From: Planctomycetota bacterium
GTDB taxonomy: Bacteria > Planctomycetota > Phycisphaerae > UBA1845
NCBI GenBank assembly: GCA_038043285.1
Contig: JBBTCJ010000036.1
Span: forward strand, 26,822 to 90,821
DNA length: 64,000 nucleotides
Direction of reading: 5' to 3'
Shown here: positions 61,259 through 64,000 of the stretch, in pieces
Position numbering within the stretch: the stretch's first letter is position 1
Layout: every line of letters starts with the position of its first letter
Position numbers and translations under genes: made by a program
Notes under the pieces: generated by a model
What the model was told of the DNA's origin: nothing
The model's database searches: none
The model's input: only the letters and a program-made list of their open reading frames with translations

Positions 61259-64000
61259 TCACGTCCGCAACCCAACTTCCCGCCCCTCGACGGCCCGGGC
61301 CAGCATCCGTCTGAGGATCGGCACCAGCGACGCCGGCTCCAGATACGCCGGCGGCAGTCGCAGGTGCACCGTTCGCCCGTCGGGGATGCGCACACTTCCC
61401 GGCGCGTCGGCAAACAGCGGTTCGGCCTGCGGCAGGTTGCTCACCACGAACACCACGTCGGGCGGTTGAAGACTGATCGACACGATCCCGAACTGCCGCC
61501 CAAGGACGCGAATCTCCGCGAGTTCGATCAGTCGCAACACTTCCGCCGGGATCGGCCCGAACGCATCCACGAGGTCGCGTTCGAGCTGCGCCAAATCCTC
61601 GGTCGCCCGACAGGACACGATCCGGCGGTATATCTCGATGCGCGTCCGGTCCGACGCGGCGTAGTGTGCCGGGACGTGGGCGGCGACGTCAAGGTCCACG
61701 TGGACGGCCGGCGGCGTCGGATCGGGGTCGTTCTTCAGTCGCCGGACCGCCTGCTCGACGAGTCGGCAGTACATCTCATAGCCCACCGCGGCGATGTGCC
61801 CGCTCTGTTCTTTGCCCAGAAGGTTGCCCGCCCCGCGGATTTCCAGATCCCGCATGGCAATCCGGAATCCCGCCCCCAGTTCGCTGAACTCCTCGATGGT
61901 CTTGAGCCGCTTGGCGGCCTTGCCCGTCGGAGGACGATCCGGCGAAAGCAGCAGGTAGCAGTACGCGCGATGACTGGATCGCCCGACGCGCCCGCGAAGC
62001 TGATGCAGGTCCGCCAGTCCGAAGCGCTCGGCCCGGTTGATGAAAATGGTGTTGGCGGCAGGAATGTCGATGCCGCTCTCAATGATCGTGGTGGCGACGA
62101 GCACGTCGGCTTCGCGCCGCGTGAAGCGGTGCATCACCTGCTCCAATTCGTCGTCGCTCATCTGCCCGTGGCCGTAGACCACGCGGGCTTCGGGCACGAT
62201 CTCACGAATCGAGGCGGCCATGGCGGCGATTGATTGCACGAAGTTGTGCACGAAATAGACCTGCCCGTCGCGGTTCATCTCGCGCAGGATCGCGTCGCGG
62301 ATCAGGCTTCGCTCGAACGGTCGAACCTGCGTGGCGATCGACCGGCGGTCCACGGGCGGGGTCTGCAGGGCGGAGATGTCGCGGATACCCATCAACGACA
62401 TGTGCAGCGTCCGCGGGATCGGCGTCGCCGTCAGCGTCAGCACGTCCACCGTCTCCCGAATCGAACGAAGTTTCTCTTTGTGCTCCACGCCGAAGCGCTG
62501 TTCCTCGTCGATGATGACCAGTCCGAGGTCGGCGAAGCGCACGTCCTTGCTGAGCAGTCGGTGCGTCCCGATGACCACGTCAGCCTGTCCCCGGCGAACC
62601 TGTTCCACAATGCTCTTCTGCTCGGATCCGCTGCGAAAGCGGGAGAGGCACGCAACCTTGAACGGATAGTCGGCCATCCGCTCCTGGAACGTTTCAAAGT
62701 GCTGTTCCGCCAGCACCGTCGTGGGGACCAGCACCGCGACCTGACGCCCGTATTCGACGACCTTGAAGGCCGCCCGCATGGCCAGCTCGGTCTTGCCGTA
62801 CCCCACGTCGCCGCAGATCAGGCGGTCCATCGGTCGGGGGCGGCGGAGATCCTCGCGCACCTCGCCCGCCACGCGAAGTTGGTCCTCCGTCTCTTCATAC
62901 AGGAACGACGCCTCGAACTCTCGCTGCCACTCGGTGTCCGCTGGGTACGCTGTCCCCTCGACCTCCGCGCGCACCGCCTGCAACCGGAGCAGCGCGGCCG
63001 CCAGATCGGAGACCGCCTCCGACACCTTCTCCTTGGTGTTTGACCACCGCCGCCCGCCAAGCGTCGACAGCGTCGGTTTTCGTCCCCCCGCCCCGATGTA
63101 TTTCTGCACCAGGTCGATCTGCGAAGTCGGAACCTGCACGGCGGCCCCGTCCGCGAACTCGACCTTGAGGAACTCCTCGAACTGGTTGGAGTCGCCCTTC
63201 CTCAGGCGCTGCAGACCGCCGTACACGCCGATTCCGTGCCCTGCGTGGACCACGTGGTCGCCGACTTGCAGCTCGGTCCACGACTCGATCGGTCGGGCCG
63301 CCTCCACCCGCCGCAGTCGACGACGCGGACGCTGGCGATGGAAGATCTCGTGATGGGCGATCACCGCCGTCTTCGTGGCCGACCAAACGAACCCACGGTG
63401 GATCATCCCAAGCTCGGTGCGGATCGACTCCGGCCGACCCGCCGGACGCTCGCCGAGAATCTCCTCCAAACGGCTCCGCTCGCCTTCGTTGTCGCAGACC
63501 ACGACCACTTCGTGGTCCGACGCCAGACGCGACAACTCCTCGACCGCGTCGGTGGCGGAGCCTTCAAACCGCGACAACGAAGCCGTGTCGAACTCGAACA
63601 CGTCGTCACCCTGGGCCGCGGTTCCTGCGAAGGGCCACAGTTGCACCTGCGGGCGCTCGGCCAGCAACGACAGAATCTTCGAGGTCTCGAAAAGCTCCGC
63701 CGGTTCTCCGAGGCGGGCGTAAATCGTGCGGCCCAGTTCCTGGATCTCGGCCGGGTGGTCCAATACCACGATCGAGTCAGACGGGAGATAGCCAAGGAGT
63801 GTCTCCCGCGAATCCCCCGCCGCGCGCGCCGTCGAAGGCAAGACCGCGAATTCAACGAAGTCCAGCGCTTCCGTGGAGCGTTGGGTTCCGATGTCGATGC
63901 GGCGAATGGACTCGATCCGTTCGCCGTCAAACTGAATGCGAAACGGCGACCCGTGCCCGGGAACGAAAAGATCGACGAGGTCGCCGCGCCGAGCCACGTC
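61259..64000 (-). CDS. mfd: transcription-repair coupling factor Mfd, with the N-terminus outside the window
   Basis: CarD-like HVVHAGHGIGVY, and the superfamily-2 helicase motifs GDVGYGKTE, DEEQRFGV and QLRGRVGRS. The reading frame runs off the window edge. Confidence 0.95.
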   Translation of the reverse strand, partial: DVARRGDLVDLFVPGHGSPFRIQFDGERIESIRRIDIGTQRSTEALDFVEFAVLPSTARAAGDSRETLLGYLPSDSIVVLDHPAEIQELGRTIYARLGEPAELFETSKILSLLAERPQVQLWPFAGTAAQGDDVFEFDTASLSRFEGSATDAVEELSRLASDHEVVVVCDNEGERSRLEEILGERPAGRPESIRTELGMIHRGFVWSATKTAVIAHHEIFHRQRPRRRLRRVEAARPIESWTELQVGDHVVHAGHGIGVYGGLQRLRKGDSNQFEEFLKVEFADGAAVQVPTSQIDLVQKYIGAGGRKPTLSTLGGRRWSNTKEKVSEAVSDLAAALLRLQAVRAEVEGTAYPADTEWQREFEASFLYEETEDQLRVAGEVREDLRRPRPMDRLICGDVGYGKTELAMRAAFKVVEYGRQVAVLVPTTVLAEQHFETFQERMADYPFKVACLSRFRSGSEQKSIVEQVRRGQADVVIGTHRLLSKDVRFADLGLVIIDEEQRFGVEHKEKLRSIRETVDVLTLTATPIPRTLHMSLMGIRDISALQTPPVDRRSIATQVRPFERSLIRDAILREMNRDGQVYFVHNFVQSIAAMAASIREIVPEARVVYGHGQMSDDELEQVMHRFTRREADVLVATTIIESGIDIPAANTIFINRAERFGLADLHQLRGRVGRSSHRAYCYLLLSPDRPPTGKAAKRLKTIEEFSELGAGFRIAMRDLEIRGAGNLLGKEQSGHIAAVGYEMYCRLVEQAVRRLKNDPDPTPPAVHVDLDVAAHVPAHYAASDRTRIEIYRRIVSCRATEDLAQLERDLVDAFGPIPAEVLRLIELAEIRVLGRQFGIVSISLQPPDVVFVVSNLPQAEPLFADAPGSVRIPDGRTVHLRLPPAYLEPASLVPILRRMLARAVEGREVGLRT

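Overview
The window is a visibly GC-rich chromosomal segment from a flagellated diderm bacterium: kdsA, the flgH/flgI L- and P-ring genes and an outer-membrane barrel are all present. Arg-rich N-terminal tails, paralogous GT39 membrane glycosyltransferases and a Cys-rich secreted repeat protein suggest a Planctomycetota/Phycisphaerae-like origin, but that is inference only.

Gene content in order:
- 1-9.7 kb: a partial sugar-phosphate isomerase, a secreted Cys-repeat protein, the kynurenine-pathway pair kynA/kmo, accC/accB, an M24 aminopeptidase, kdsA and a VOC protein.
- 9.7-21.9 kb, minus strand: a flagellar cluster flgF-flgG-flgA-flgH-flgI-flgJ(rod-binding only)-flgN-like-flgK-flgL-fliW-csrA-fliC. 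Its distal half has the same gene order as Bacillus subtilis.
- 21.9-23.8 kb: a poorly coding, locally AT-rich stretch holding one orphan ORF and one unannotated 52-aa basic ORF.
- 23.8-26.0 kb: a translationally coupled pair of a Cys-less HesB/IscA-fold protein and a B12-type radical SAM enzyme.
- 26.1-31.1 kb: uvrB, an ArsM-like methyltransferase, tRNA-Glu(CUC), an HNH endonuclease and a stand-alone PilZ protein.
- 31.2-51.9 kb: a ~20 kb glycan locus with GT4/GT2 enzymes, Wzm/Wzt ABC export including a Wzt C-terminal domain, a GumC/Wzz-like protein, two GT39 enzymes, a CgeB-like enzyme, a methyltransferase-GT2 fusion and five class I methyltransferase domains.
- 51.9-64 kb: an aldolase/SDR fusion plus an LsrF-like aldolase, murJ, purD, two unannotated tandem mini-ORFs, an outer-membrane barrel, a SurA-like PPIase and a partial mfd.

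Three intergenic repeat families recur across the window.

I found no recognisable defence or mobile system. The best candidates for something undescribed are:
- the HesB-like/B12-radical-SAM pair;
- the tandem MRRF mini-ORFs;
- the 68-77 bp palindromic repeat family;
- the ~1 kb non-coding gap upstream of flgF.

All functional calls rest on by-eye motif recognition, and no searches were run.
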